Shown here: positions 27,565 to 36,392 of the stretch, one piece after another
How the letters are laid out: each line of letters begins with the position of its first letter
Numbering within the stretch: position 1 is the stretch's first letter
Virus record (IMG/VR): IMGVR_UViG_3300038317_000262
Span: 1-38,840 of that record
Reading direction: 5' to 3' (one strand)
Origin: a virus
Taxonomy: Duplodnaviria > Caudoviricetes
Length of the DNA stretch: 38,840 nucleotides
Notes under the pieces: model-generated
What the model saw: the letters and a program-made list of their open reading frames with translations, nothing else
Databases searched by the model: none
Told to the model about the DNA's origin: nothing
Translations under genes and position numbers: made by a program

Positions 27565-28156
27565 TTGCAAAATACTCCTCTTCATTAAAATCAACTTCTT
27601 CAAATGTGATGTCTTCAGCAATATCTGCGATATATCGTTTTTTCATGCTGGCAATCTTTTCTCTGATATTAGGTACTGGTTTAATCCCAATTACTGTTGG
27701 ATCTGAAGTTGGTTCGAATGGTTGTGGTACTATTTCATCGTAAGGTATCTTAATTGCATCTTCCTGGTCAATCTTATTATATTTAGCGTAATGGCCTGCA
27801 GCTGCTGCCATACCACGGCCATCTTTTTTCCTTTCAGCCATCTCGTAGGCTTTTTCAATCATATGGTTAAAGCGGAAGCGGTGAAATTCTTTAGTCGTTT
27901 CCTGAAAATCGCCCAACAGAATTTTGAGGATCTGAATGTCTTCATAGGCTGCAGTTCTTTCTACTCCGGAGTATTTCATTATGAAATCTCTTATCTCAGC
28001 TTCTTTTTTGAGTGGATATTTATTCCACAAATTAAATGCTGCACGTAAGCGTATAATACGGTCAACTGCCTGTTGAGAAAGGTTGTTATTTTTAAGCTTT
28101 TCAACATCATCAAATAGGTGTACTCTGCAGAGTTCAAGAGTTTGCGGTTTAACCAT
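27539..28156 (-). CDS. Putative terminase small subunit
   Basis: Helical protein with an HTH-like segment, overlapping the terL start. Confidence 0.5.
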   Translation of the reverse strand: MVKPQTLELCRVHLFDDVEKLKNNNLSQQAVDRIIRLRAAFNLWNKYPLKKEAEIRDFIMKYSGVERTAAYEDIQILKILLGDFQETTKEFHRFRFNHMIEKAYEMAERKKDGRGMAAAAGHYAKYNKIDQEDAIKIPYDEIVPQPFEPTSDPTVIGIKPVPNIREKIASMKKRYIADIAEDITFEEVDFNEEEYFANEQEKNIL

Positions 28157-28415
28157 TTTCAGAAGTCTTCTGTTCAATTATATAATCAGCTACATTTTCA
28201 ACAGCGAGCGGTGATCCTGCTTTAGCAAGTTCAACCTCCTGTTTTCTGATTGCGGCAATAGTTTGAGCCTGACCGAGATAATACGCTCTTGATGCTTCAG
28301 ATGTGCGGTCAGAAATAACCTCACGTAGTATCAACTCATCAACATCAAGCAATATTGATATTGTTTCAATTGGCAGTAGATCTGCTGCTAATTCTTTTAA
28401 TTTTTCAATATTCAT
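28149..28415 (-). CDS. Small packaging-operon protein, 88 aa
   Basis: HTH-like (PIETISILLDVDE); coupled to neighbours. Confidence 0.65.
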   Translation of the reverse strand: MNIEKLKELAADLLPIETISILLDVDELILREVISDRTSEASRAYYLGQAQTIAAIRKQEVELAKAGSPLAVENVADYIIEQKTSENG

Positions 28416-28888
28416 AATTTTACTGCCTTGGATTTCATATCACAAATTGCTTTTTCGAATAAATAATATATTTGACAGTCTGTTGTTATCACATGAGATT
28501 CTTTTCGATTCCCGCGTGTTTGATTTTGGCTTGTACAAATTGAAACACGTGGATCAGAATCGAAAATTATTACCTTACCATGGTTATTTGTTAAGTACAC
28601 ATTGTCAAATGTGTTCTTAAGAAATAGATTTAATTTCTGAACTTTCGCAGCTGCTTTAGTATCAAGAAATAGATTTATTTCATTTATAAAGAATTGCTCA
28701 CGGAATCGATATATCTTCCTGGTAAATTCTTCAGATATTGAAAATGATGTCATTGTCAACTCTTTGCAATATGGAAGTTGTGATAAAATCACCTCAATTA
28801 TATCAAAGAGTTGAAATTTATCAGTATAAAAAGCCTGTAAAGGATTTTCCAATACAGGCTTTATTTCCATTTTGGCAGTTTTAAACAT
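28412..28888 (-). CDS. PLD-superfamily (Nuc-like) nuclease-domain protein
   Basis: NHGKV...TSQNQTRGNRKE matches HxK...SxN...E. Confidence 0.7.
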   Translation of the reverse strand: MFKTAKMEIKPVLENPLQAFYTDKFQLFDIIEVILSQLPYCKELTMTSFSISEEFTRKIYRFREQFFINEINLFLDTKAAAKVQKLNLFLKNTFDNVYLTNNHGKVIIFDSDPRVSICTSQNQTRGNRKESHVITTDCQIYYLFEKAICDMKSKAVKL

Positions 28889-29687
28889 TCAATCCCAGTT
28901 CTTTATATTCTGCCAACTGTTCATCGGATATACCGGAGCCTGTTCTTACAAGGTAATCAAGCCTTTCCTGCATTTTAGAAATGAGTTCTTTTTTTGGATC
29001 ACCTTCAAGAGTCTGAGCTTTCTTTTTGTTAGTTGAAAGATACTTTCTTGCGGTTGATACTTTTTTAGGATCTGCCGGTACCAATTCACCATCATCTTCA
29101 GATTCCTTTTCAGGATCCTTTTTCTCTTCTTCTGTTTGAGTAAATGCATCTAAAGAATCACCCGGTTTGTATGAATCATATAACTCCCAATTTTTTCGCA
29201 GTTTGGAGTCAAATGTCAACAGTTCGGAAAGATAAGGGAAACGATCGCACGGTGAATTATCCACCATTAACTTGAGTTGCTCATGAAGCTTTCTCATTCT
29301 TCTGAGAATGTTGAAATTTTCAAGATAAAGAGCTTTGACTTCGTCAGGTAATTCTTCGTGATCTTCACGTTTACCTTTCGTAACCTTTTCATCAATATCT
29401 TCATCACTGTTGATCTCCGGAGTCTTTTCAATAACTTCAGCGACCTTTGTTTCCATTTCAGGGGCCTCTTTGATAATGTGAGTACGCATTCGTGAATCAT
29501 AATGTTTTTGGAGCTCATAGAGCGCCTTATCTACCGCATTGCGACGAATAAGGTTGTGATACATTATTTTATTCCGGTTGATTTTAAGAAGCAGAAGAGC
29601 TGCCTTTTCAATATCGACCTCCTCTTTTGGAAGATCAAGCATTTTTTTAATTTCGTCAGTAAGATTTTTCATTTCATTTTTATTCAA
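28881..29687 (-). CDS. Hypothetical helical phage protein, 268 aa
   Basis: First gene after promoter 5. Confidence 0.8.
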   Translation of the reverse strand: MNKNEMKNLTDEIKKMLDLPKEEVDIEKAALLLLKINRNKIMYHNLIRRNAVDKALYELQKHYDSRMRTHIIKEAPEMETKVAEVIEKTPEINSDEDIDEKVTKGKREDHEELPDEVKALYLENFNILRRMRKLHEQLKLMVDNSPCDRFPYLSELLTFDSKLRKNWELYDSYKPGDSLDAFTQTEEEKKDPEKESEDDGELVPADPKKVSTARKYLSTNKKKAQTLEGDPKKELISKMQERLDYLVRTGSGISDEQLAEYKELGLNV

Positions 29688-29711
29688 AAGTTATACTACA
29701 ATTGTGAGTAC

Positions 29712-29746
29712 CGAAGGTAATTCATACGTAATTACCTATAAAAGAC
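29712..29746 (-). promoter_or_regulatory. Putative phage late promoter 5 (terminase operon)
   Basis: GTCTTTT-N20-TACCTTCG; AGGTAATT/AATTACCT inverted repeat inside. Confidence 0.7.
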
Positions 29747-29779
29747 AAAAGGCGGCTCCATAATTGAAGTCGCCTTTTT
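29747..29779 (-). terminator. Rho-independent terminator
   Basis: AAAAGGCG...CGCCTTTT. Confidence 0.8.
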
Positions 29780-29813
29780 GAATGAGCATATAATTAAAGC
29801 AAGAGAGTTTAAC

Positions 29814-30395
29814 TTACGGTACTACCGGATCAGGATTAATTATTCCGTCAGCAGTTACAATTTCACCGGTATAAAATGGTGCCGGCATACTGTCAGTTAC
29901 AGTAACCTCGATAGTAGTCCCCATTTCGTCAGTTGCACCTGCTCCAAGAGCTTGAGTCGGAGTAGTCTCAGTCTGATACATTTCGTTACCAAGCACACGG
30001 TATTTACCAGGCTTAGTTTGAATAATGTAGACATAGTCATCATTGTTTGCCAGGGCGCAAAATGCAGCTGCATCCTCTTCAACTCCAGGATGAACAAATG
30101 TGGCTCTGTTCAGGAATGATTTAGAGGGTTTAACGCCTTGATTTTCCACAACCACGGGTGATCTGTCAACCAGAACATTCAACACATTCCACTTAGCCGT
30201 TTCAGCAAGCACGAAAGAACCCTGAAGTGTTGCAATCTCCCCCATGCTTGTTACATATTCAAGCACTCTGTCAGGAAACTTAACAATGTCCCTTTTTGCA
30301 ATTACGTAAACTTCCCGGCGAATGCCTGGGAGATTTACGGCACCCTCACACCATTCAAGTGACTGAGGGGTTAATCCAGTACAATCTTTTGCCAT
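29814..30395 (-). CDS. Putative major tail tube protein, 193 aa
   Basis: Acidic beta-rich protein directly after the capsid gene, followed by a strong terminator. Confidence 0.6.
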   Translation of the reverse strand: MAKDCTGLTPQSLEWCEGAVNLPGIRREVYVIAKRDIVKFPDRVLEYVTSMGEIATLQGSFVLAETAKWNVLNVLVDRSPVVVENQGVKPSKSFLNRATFVHPGVEEDAAAFCALANNDDYVYIIQTKPGKYRVLGNEMYQTETTPTQALGAGATDEMGTTIEVTVTDSMPAPFYTGEIVTADGIINPDPVVP

Positions 30396-30398
30396 ATC

Positions 30399-31388
30399 TT
30401 ATCCTCCTACTGGTTCAGTGAATAATTTTCCAACAAGTAACCTTTCGGGAGAAATTGATTCAAATTGAGTCCCGAAGAACATAGCAGCAACAAAGTCCAA
30501 TAAGAAAGGAGAGTGTTTTTCAACAGTGATCTTCTCTAAATCAGACTGCTGGTCAACTCCTACCAACATATTCTTTTTAGGAGTTAGATGTAAGAACTCA
30601 GAACCTTTCTTGTTAGGAAGAGCTACAAGTTCGCACTGGTCATCTGATCCTTCAAGGAATGTTTTCTTGAATTCCTTGTTATAAGGAACGGCACCAACTG
30701 TCATTTGATAGTCATCAACATAAGCATTGTAAATACTTTTTGGCATGAAAAGTTTAAGCTTCATGTTTTCATCTCCATCACCCTGCAGTTCATCTGATGC
30801 TGCACGGTAAAAAGCTTTAAGTAAATCAACTGCATTTGTTGAATCGATTACTTCAGTAAATTCAAAGAGATTGTTTTTTGCTACAGCAATATTACCTGCG
30901 GTGATCTCTGTTGAAGTAATAGTATCAAATCCATTGAACAGGTCTACTGTTTTTGTTCCTGCAGCATCTCTGACAGCACTCCAAATGTTCTTATTCAGAG
31001 ACTGCGACAGCTTCTTCATCATAAATGCAAGAACAGCTTTTGCTATAGGAACATTTTTCAAACCTTCACCCACTACCACACTATCACCATAGATAGATTG
31101 ATAAACCGAATTAGGAGAAAAACTTTCCCAGACTGAACCGAAGAATGTTTCAAGCTCACGCCCTTCTATTTTCACATCAGCGTTGTTTTTACGAGTTTCA
31201 TCGTAAGGTCCCATTTCAAGAGAGCCTGATAGTTCCCCAACAGTCTCTTTATACCGAATTCCGGTACGTAGTGACATGTGCTGCAATGTGCTTTGCAGAG
31301 CAATGACCGACATGATCAGCAATTCTTTGCGGTATTTCGCTGCTGATTTTTCAAGATCGGCCGGTGTAATAATAACTTTACTCATCAA
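30399..31388 (-). CDS. Major capsid protein, 329 aa
   Basis: Directly after the head protease; DLFNGFDT segment; size. Confidence 0.8.
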   Translation of the reverse strand: MMSKVIITPADLEKSAAKYRKELLIMSVIALQSTLQHMSLRTGIRYKETVGELSGSLEMGPYDETRKNNADVKIEGRELETFFGSVWESFSPNSVYQSIYGDSVVVGEGLKNVPIAKAVLAFMMKKLSQSLNKNIWSAVRDAAGTKTVDLFNGFDTITSTEITAGNIAVAKNNLFEFTEVIDSTNAVDLLKAFYRAASDELQGDGDENMKLKLFMPKSIYNAYVDDYQMTVGAVPYNKEFKKTFLEGSDDQCELVALPNKKGSEFLHLTPKKNMLVGVDQQSDLEKITVEKHSPFLLDFVAAMFFGTQFESISPERLLVGKLFTEPVGG

Positions 31389-31413
31389 TATAAATTTTTA
31401 AGAGTTAATTTAA

Positions 31414-32490
31414 TTATGGAATCATATTGAAAAGGTTCTTGGCCGATTCAATCGCAGAGTTATCAAAATATGCTGCTTCGTCTTCATCGACACTCTGATC
31501 ATCTTTCTTATTCGCATCCTTGGTTGTGTCTCCAGGGGCGGCATTTTTCGCTTCAATCTGTTGTTTCAGATTGGTAATTTCTGTTTCCTTTTCAGAAACC
31601 GAGTTCTCAAGAGTTGTAATCTTTTCATTGAGTGCTTTTATAGCATTATCAATTTTAGTGAGATCTTCCTGGGAAAACTCAATTTTGTCGTCAACTGCCT
31701 CAATATTCTCAACATTGAGGATAGCAGCTATTAAAGCCGCCTGAATTACTTTTTTACTCATTTTTTCTGGTTCGGTTTTATTGTTTGTAAAAATATTTTT
31801 GATTCCGGATATAATTTCTCCCATGAAATCCTTTCGCGAGATGTTAATGGAATCATCTTCGGGCTGTGACTTTTCATCCTCTTTAGTTTTATAGTTCTCA
31901 GGAATTGGAAGTTCTGCACAATTGAGCATCTCAACAACATCCTCTTGTTTTTTAGAAGGAATAGATCCGCTGAACACTTCGTCAACAAACCCCCATTCTT
32001 TGGCAGTTTGGGCATCAAGCCATGATTCTTTTTTCATCAGGTTGAGAATATCCTTGATATCCTTTCCTGATTTTTTAGCGTACATTCTGGCAAGATTAAG
32101 AGTAATTACTGCACTGTCTTGTTTTGTACTTTTAAGTTTCTCAATAACCTCTTCCAGCGAGTCTTCATTCATGTAACCCCATTCATTCACCCAAACCATG
32201 GCTTTATGAATAAGGTACATTCCATTTTCATGCATTCTTACTTTTTTAGCTCCCATTGTAAGAACGGTAGCTGCAGATGCATTGAATGAGTATAGATCAC
32301 AGGTAATGTTACCATGTGCCTCAAATTGTGATGCTATATCAATTGCTGTATCTACATCACCACCCAGAGAGTTGACACGTACGGTAATTTCTTTTTCACC
32401 TAATTCATTAAGATAGTACTTTACTGCTTTTTTGTTGCAGGTCCAGCTACCTATGTATGAATCAATATCAATATCGTATTTCTTGGCCAT
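31414..32490 (-). CDS. ClpP-like prohead protease with C-terminal coiled-coil scaffold (358 aa from ATG 32490)
   Basis: VNSLGGDV, NASAAT (catalytic Ser), YLIH, ESWLDAQTAKEWGFVD. Confidence 0.92.
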   Translation of the reverse strand: MAKKYDIDIDSYIGSWTCNKKAVKYYLNELGEKEITVRVNSLGGDVDTAIDIASQFEAHGNITCDLYSFNASAATVLTMGAKKVRMHENGMYLIHKAMVWVNEWGYMNEDSLEEVIEKLKSTKQDSAVITLNLARMYAKKSGKDIKDILNLMKKESWLDAQTAKEWGFVDEVFSGSIPSKKQEDVVEMLNCAELPIPENYKTKEDEKSQPEDDSINISRKDFMGEIISGIKNIFTNNKTEPEKMSKKVIQAALIAAILNVENIEAVDDKIEFSQEDLTKIDNAIKALNEKITTLENSVSEKETEITNLKQQIEAKNAAPGDTTKDANKKDDQSVDEDEAAYFDNSAIESAKNLFNMIP

Positions 32491-32517
32491 AAAAAACGTT
32501 GCATTAAAATTTATATG

Positions 32518-32552
32518 CAACGTTACTATTTAATTAATGTGTATAAAAAGAC
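32518..32552 (-). promoter_or_regulatory. Putative phage late promoter 6 (protease-capsid operon)
   Basis: GTCTTTT-N20-TAACGTTG; AACGTTGCAT/ATGCAACGTT inverted repeat at 32495-32524. Confidence 0.7.
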
Positions 32553-32558
32553 TGTCAA

Positions 32559-33002
32559 TTACTCCAAAGTGATGAATGAATGAGTGTTTTGGTAATTCAC
32601 TTCAACAAAATAACCACGTCTGCCGGTTGGTAAATCATCACTAATATATTTACTCGTTACCGTTGGATATGGTTTTTCGTTTATTCCCTGAAGTATTTTT
32701 TTACCTTCAGTTGTAATATATATGAATGAATGGATGTTTTTTTGCAATATTGAACAGATCTTTTTTGCATCATCATCATTTCCACAAATATTAAAAGTTG
32801 CTTTTGTATTATAAATGGTTGAACCTTTCGCTGTCTCACTTGTAACATCTAGTGATCCAATACCGTTAATTGGTATATTTATTATAGTACCATAAATTTT
32901 CATGGGAGCATTTTCATCATAGATGTCTAAAATATCGGGCTGCAATTTTTTTGCCTGGCAATATCCGACAGATATTATTCCAGGTAGCTGTAAATTATTC
33001 AT
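32559..33002 (-). CDS. Phage protein, possible paralog of the 193-aa tube protein, 147 aa
   Basis: LPGI N-terminus and YITTEGKKILQG resemble the 193-aa protein. Confidence 0.55.
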   Translation of the reverse strand: MNNLQLPGIISVGYCQAKKLQPDILDIYDENAPMKIYGTIINIPINGIGSLDVTSETAKGSTIYNTKATFNICGNDDDAKKICSILQKNIHSFIYITTEGKKILQGINEKPYPTVTSKYISDDLPTGRRGYFVEVNYQNTHSFITLE

Positions 33003-33075
33003 ACAATTTTAGTTATTTAGTTATTTCACATTGTTTTAGTTGTTTTTATTAAGGGGTCATACTCGAAAAAAATAG

Positions 33076-33531
33076 TTATAAACTAACCTCTTTTTCCCGA
33101 TATTTTTTTCTTAGTCTGTAATATTTCTGTGAAATCGTGTACCAACATTCTTCCGGTATACCATGTTTTTCCATCCACGCGTAAATTTGTTTTGAAATTT
33201 CACCTCGCCTGTAATTTTCAAGTGATCCAAGTTCTTTCATCATACAAGCTTTTAGAAGATGATCAAAACTATCAATAAGAGCTGCCTTAGCCTTTTCACC
33301 CATATAATTATACACACGAGGGTCCGCTTCCTTGTAGTAGGGTATCTCAACTTGCAGGTTGCTGTCGATGCCCAGGTCGGGTAGCTCATCATCCGGTGTT
33401 TTGGTGATAAACTGACGTATTATACGTGATTCAGGGCTGTCGCGCATCACCTGAACAGGATTGCCAAAGCTGGTTTCAAGAAAATGTTTTAAATATGGTT
33501 CAACTTTTAAATAGATGCAGAAATCGCTCAT
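33076..33531 (-). CDS. Hypothetical protein, candidate late-gene activator, 151 aa
   Basis: C-terminal basic HTH-like segment (YTISQKYYRLRKK); lies between replication and late genes. Confidence 0.5.
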   Translation of the reverse strand: MSDFCIYLKVEPYLKHFLETSFGNPVQVMRDSPESRIIRQFITKTPDDELPDLGIDSNLQVEIPYYKEADPRVYNYMGEKAKAALIDSFDHLLKACMMKELGSLENYRRGEISKQIYAWMEKHGIPEECWYTISQKYYRLRKKYREKEVSL

Positions 33532-33581
33532 TTTGTTTGTGTTTAAGTCTAAAAATAAATAATAATATCGTAAAAATAAAA

Positions 33582-33845
33582 AGGTTACTACACACTACAT
33601 ACTATATATCGAATTGAAAGATAGCTAATTAAAGCGAAGTAAGCAAAAAAATGGATTATTAATTGTAGTAACTTTGTAGTAACCTGATATATCAGGTTAC
33701 TACATTGCAAATATAGTGCTGTAAATGATTTGAGCGGTGTTGTAGTAAGTAGTAAGCATTTTAGGATAACTTTTTATTTATATAATAAAAAAAAAGATAT
33801 ATATTACTAACTTATTAATAATAAGTATATTATAATTATTATGCA
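33582..33845. repeat. Putative replication origin: TGTAGTAA(C) iterons, 30-bp palindrome, AT-rich tract
   Basis: Palindrome 33675-33704; further copies at 33582-33592, 33664-33672 and 33741-33755; AT tract ~33770-33845. Confidence 0.65.
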
Positions 33846-33874
33846 TACGTTGCACCCCATCACCCATCTATACA

Positions 33875-35131
33875 TTATAAATTAAACTTTACCTGATATC
33901 TATACTCCGGGTAACTTTTCGTTGGCACCCGCTTGGATTCTTTCACAAATCCTAAAGATGATAATGCTTTCCCAACAGCCTGTGGTGTTACCTTCATTTT
34001 GTCAGCAGATGATATTTTGCGTTCCTTCCTTAACCGGTGTACAATATCGCTTGCTGTAAGCCATTCGGCTTCTTCGTCTTCTTCATCATCAGGAGGGAGT
34101 ATATATAGCTTCACATACTTCTCTTCGTCTGTCTGGATAAGGTATCTTTGATTGTACTCCTGCAGCTCCTGAATGTATTCATCGCTGTAGAATGGATCAA
34201 ACTCTGAGTTTTCGTACAACATCAATGCTTCAGCCCACATTTGATCAACTTTAACTCGCTGAGAGTAGCGTTTATCAATCTTCTCGACCTCTATTGTGCC
34301 GTATCGGCTAGTACCGTGATTTTGCGTCAGGAAACCGCCCATTTCTGCTGTACGGTTAGCTGTGAACATTGGCACTGCAACCCTGTTACGTTCCGTTGGA
34401 AACTCATCGTTACGTCTTTGCACCAAGATCATTTGCGAGCGTGTATACTTTTTAAATTCTTCTATCCTGGCCGTACCTTTATTAATACCTACCAGATCAT
34501 CAAAGCAAACTATCAGATAGCGTGTGAAAACATCGGATAATGAAAATCTACTGTCATTCTCAGGCTGAACATAGTATCCCTCGAGCGATTCAGGCAGAAA
34601 GAAGCGGGTTAAAAATGTTTTTCCGATATATTCCTCCATTGATATAAAACCGAGTGCTACAGCGTTAGGAATTCCATCCTTCCACTGGGCCACGCTTGCA
34701 ACCATCCATTTACGAATAAGGAAATTCATACGTTCACGATAATAGTCAGGCTCTTTATCAAATGATCTCGGAGTTATATGGTTACAAAGCTTGTCTATGT
34801 GACTCTCACCTTTATACGTCCCTCTTATCTTATCAAAATAATTAAGTATAGGATTCTCCTGGTCAAAATAATTCTGATCTCTAAGCATGATGCGAAGATC
34901 TGTTCTTGAAATTGATTTTCCAATACCTTTAAGATATAGGTACAAAGTGTCCATTGTTGGTTGGTACCGGTATCTGCTTTTATCTTTACTTTCAATGCTA
35001 AATTTGCTTGGATCCAGACATGATGTCCTCACAACAAATGCCTCGTTAATGGTGTCTACAATGTCCTGTATACGATCATCCACGAATTCCAGGGCACCGG
35101 CGTTAATCTCAGGTAGTTTAATTATGCTCAT
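33875..35131 (-). CDS. VapE/VirE-like P-loop ATPase (replication helicase), 418 aa
   Basis: NPILNYF, IGKT, IVCFDDL, FTAN, VDQMWAEA motifs; C-terminal winged helix. Confidence 0.8.
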   Translation of the reverse strand: MSIIKLPEINAGALEFVDDRIQDIVDTINEAFVVRTSCLDPSKFSIESKDKSRYRYQPTMDTLYLYLKGIGKSISRTDLRIMLRDQNYFDQENPILNYFDKIRGTYKGESHIDKLCNHITPRSFDKEPDYYRERMNFLIRKWMVASVAQWKDGIPNAVALGFISMEEYIGKTFLTRFFLPESLEGYYVQPENDSRFSLSDVFTRYLIVCFDDLVGINKGTARIEEFKKYTRSQMILVQRRNDEFPTERNRVAVPMFTANRTAEMGGFLTQNHGTSRYGTIEVEKIDKRYSQRVKVDQMWAEALMLYENSEFDPFYSDEYIQELQEYNQRYLIQTDEEKYVKLYILPPDDEEDEEAEWLTASDIVHRLRKERKISSADKMKVTPQAVGKALSSLGFVKESKRVPTKSYPEYRYQVKFNL

Positions 35132-35134
35132 TTG

Positions 35135-35632
35135 TTAATATCTGAATTTTGTGAAGTGTATAATTGCCATTGGCTTATTCAAATCGTATCCCTTAAACCA
35201 CTCCTTAAAGTCATCAAAAATTAGTCCGTCATTTTTAGCAATTCTGTCGTCAGCTTTAAAACAGTCACGTATACTCGCTAAATGCTCTACACCCGCATCA
35301 TCGCGTAAATCTACTATCTGCAACCCAATCCCATCTTCTTTCGTCAATCTCGCAAATTCAATCTGTTTGCTCTTGTATGGTTTGCCGCTCCAATATCGCA
35401 ACGACAAACACGCTTTGCCTTTCTCTATCTCCTTAAATCGCTTTTTCCATAGAGGATAATTTGCACGAATTGTGTGAAGTTTAGGTGATATATCCTGCCC
35501 AAATTCTTCATACACTTCTACCTTCCCTTTTCCTAACGCCCTGCCTATTTTTTCGATAAAATATGTCTGCTCCCCTTTACGATTGTGCGTGCTCGGAAAT
35601 GTTCTACTCACTGTCAATACGTATGTTTTCAT
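35135..35632 (-). CDS. Hypothetical phage protein (ASCH-like), 165 aa
   Basis: KLHTIR, WSGKPY and AKNDGL...FKEWF motifs. Confidence 0.6.
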   Translation of the reverse strand: MKTYVLTVSRTFPSTHNRKGEQTYFIEKIGRALGKGKVEVYEEFGQDISPKLHTIRANYPLWKKRFKEIEKGKACLSLRYWSGKPYKSKQIEFARLTKEDGIGLQIVDLRDDAGVEHLASIRDCFKADDRIAKNDGLIFDDFKEWFKGYDLNKPMAIIHFTKFRY

Positions 35633-35711
35633 TTTTGATTTATTTATTCGCTAATTCTAATTTTTGCCTGTTTTTTAGAAATAGTCGGACTGTTGTTCTA
35701 ATTTATTAAGT

Positions 35712-36038
35712 TTAAAACCACCCAAAGATCCAAGTTTCTGAATTTTTGGAATATGGTTCTGACATTGCGCTATTGTGCACAAAAGATTTCAGTTCACTGA
35801 ATTTAGTTTTTAATTCTTCTGACGGGTTTTTGACAAAGAAAACAAGGCTCTCCCAGCCATCATCACATTTTTTGTCAAAGCCGTAAACCTTACATAATTC
35901 GGGATTTTTCCGTTCTTTCTCCTGCCATTCTCGCATATCTTCGGGCCATGACGGGATATCAAGTTCCGGAAGTACTGTTTTTTTTAATTCGTTGAATACT
36001 TTGTATGCATTCTGTACATTCTTGAAATTTAGTGCCAT
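35712..36038 (-). CDS. Hypothetical protein, 108 aa
   Basis: Co-oriented ORF with ATG start. Confidence 0.7.
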   Translation of the reverse strand: MALNFKNVQNAYKVFNELKKTVLPELDIPSWPEDMREWQEKERKNPELCKVYGFDKKCDDGWESLVFFVKNPSEELKTKFSELKSFVHNSAMSEPYSKNSETWIFGWF

Positions 36039-36096
36039 AATGTTATATTTATTTAATAATTATTTCGATCTCTCTCAAGCTTTGCCATGTTATTTA

Positions 36097-36392
36097 TTAT
36101 TTACTTAGTTCGTAATCATACACCCATACCCAAGGGTTGCTCTCCCACAGAATTGAGTTGATAATTGAGGCATACGCTTCTTGTGGAGTAATAAACCAAA
36201 CATCATTTATCGTAGGATCATCAACTTCATATCCATATACACAGTGTGGTTCAATAGGTTGTCTAAATTGAATTACACCCTCTTTAATGCAATCATCATC
36301 GCTTATATTCTGCAATTTCTCTGCTCTAACTCCTGTAATCACAATGAAGTAACGTGCCGCACTTTCGGGCATGAATAGCTTGTTTATCTTTA
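36097..36392 (-). pseudogene. C-terminal remnant of an ASCH-like phage gene cut by the IS
   Basis: Frame stays open to the IS end (KINKLFMPESAAR...EKLQNISDDDCIKEG...WESNPWVWV), normally a C-terminal half. Confidence 0.7.

Larger units (their letters stand above)
55..36392. mobile_element. Siphovirus-like prophage carrying a DGR, truncated at its right end by an IS
   Basis: tRNA-adjacent integrase, tape measure, portal, terminase, ClpP/capsid, amidase and VapE-like ATPase, all co-oriented on - except int. Confidence 0.93.

Noticed and set aside
33582-33760. CRISPR array
   Set aside because: Repeats are 8-11 bp, in mixed orientation and irregularly spaced; no cas genes
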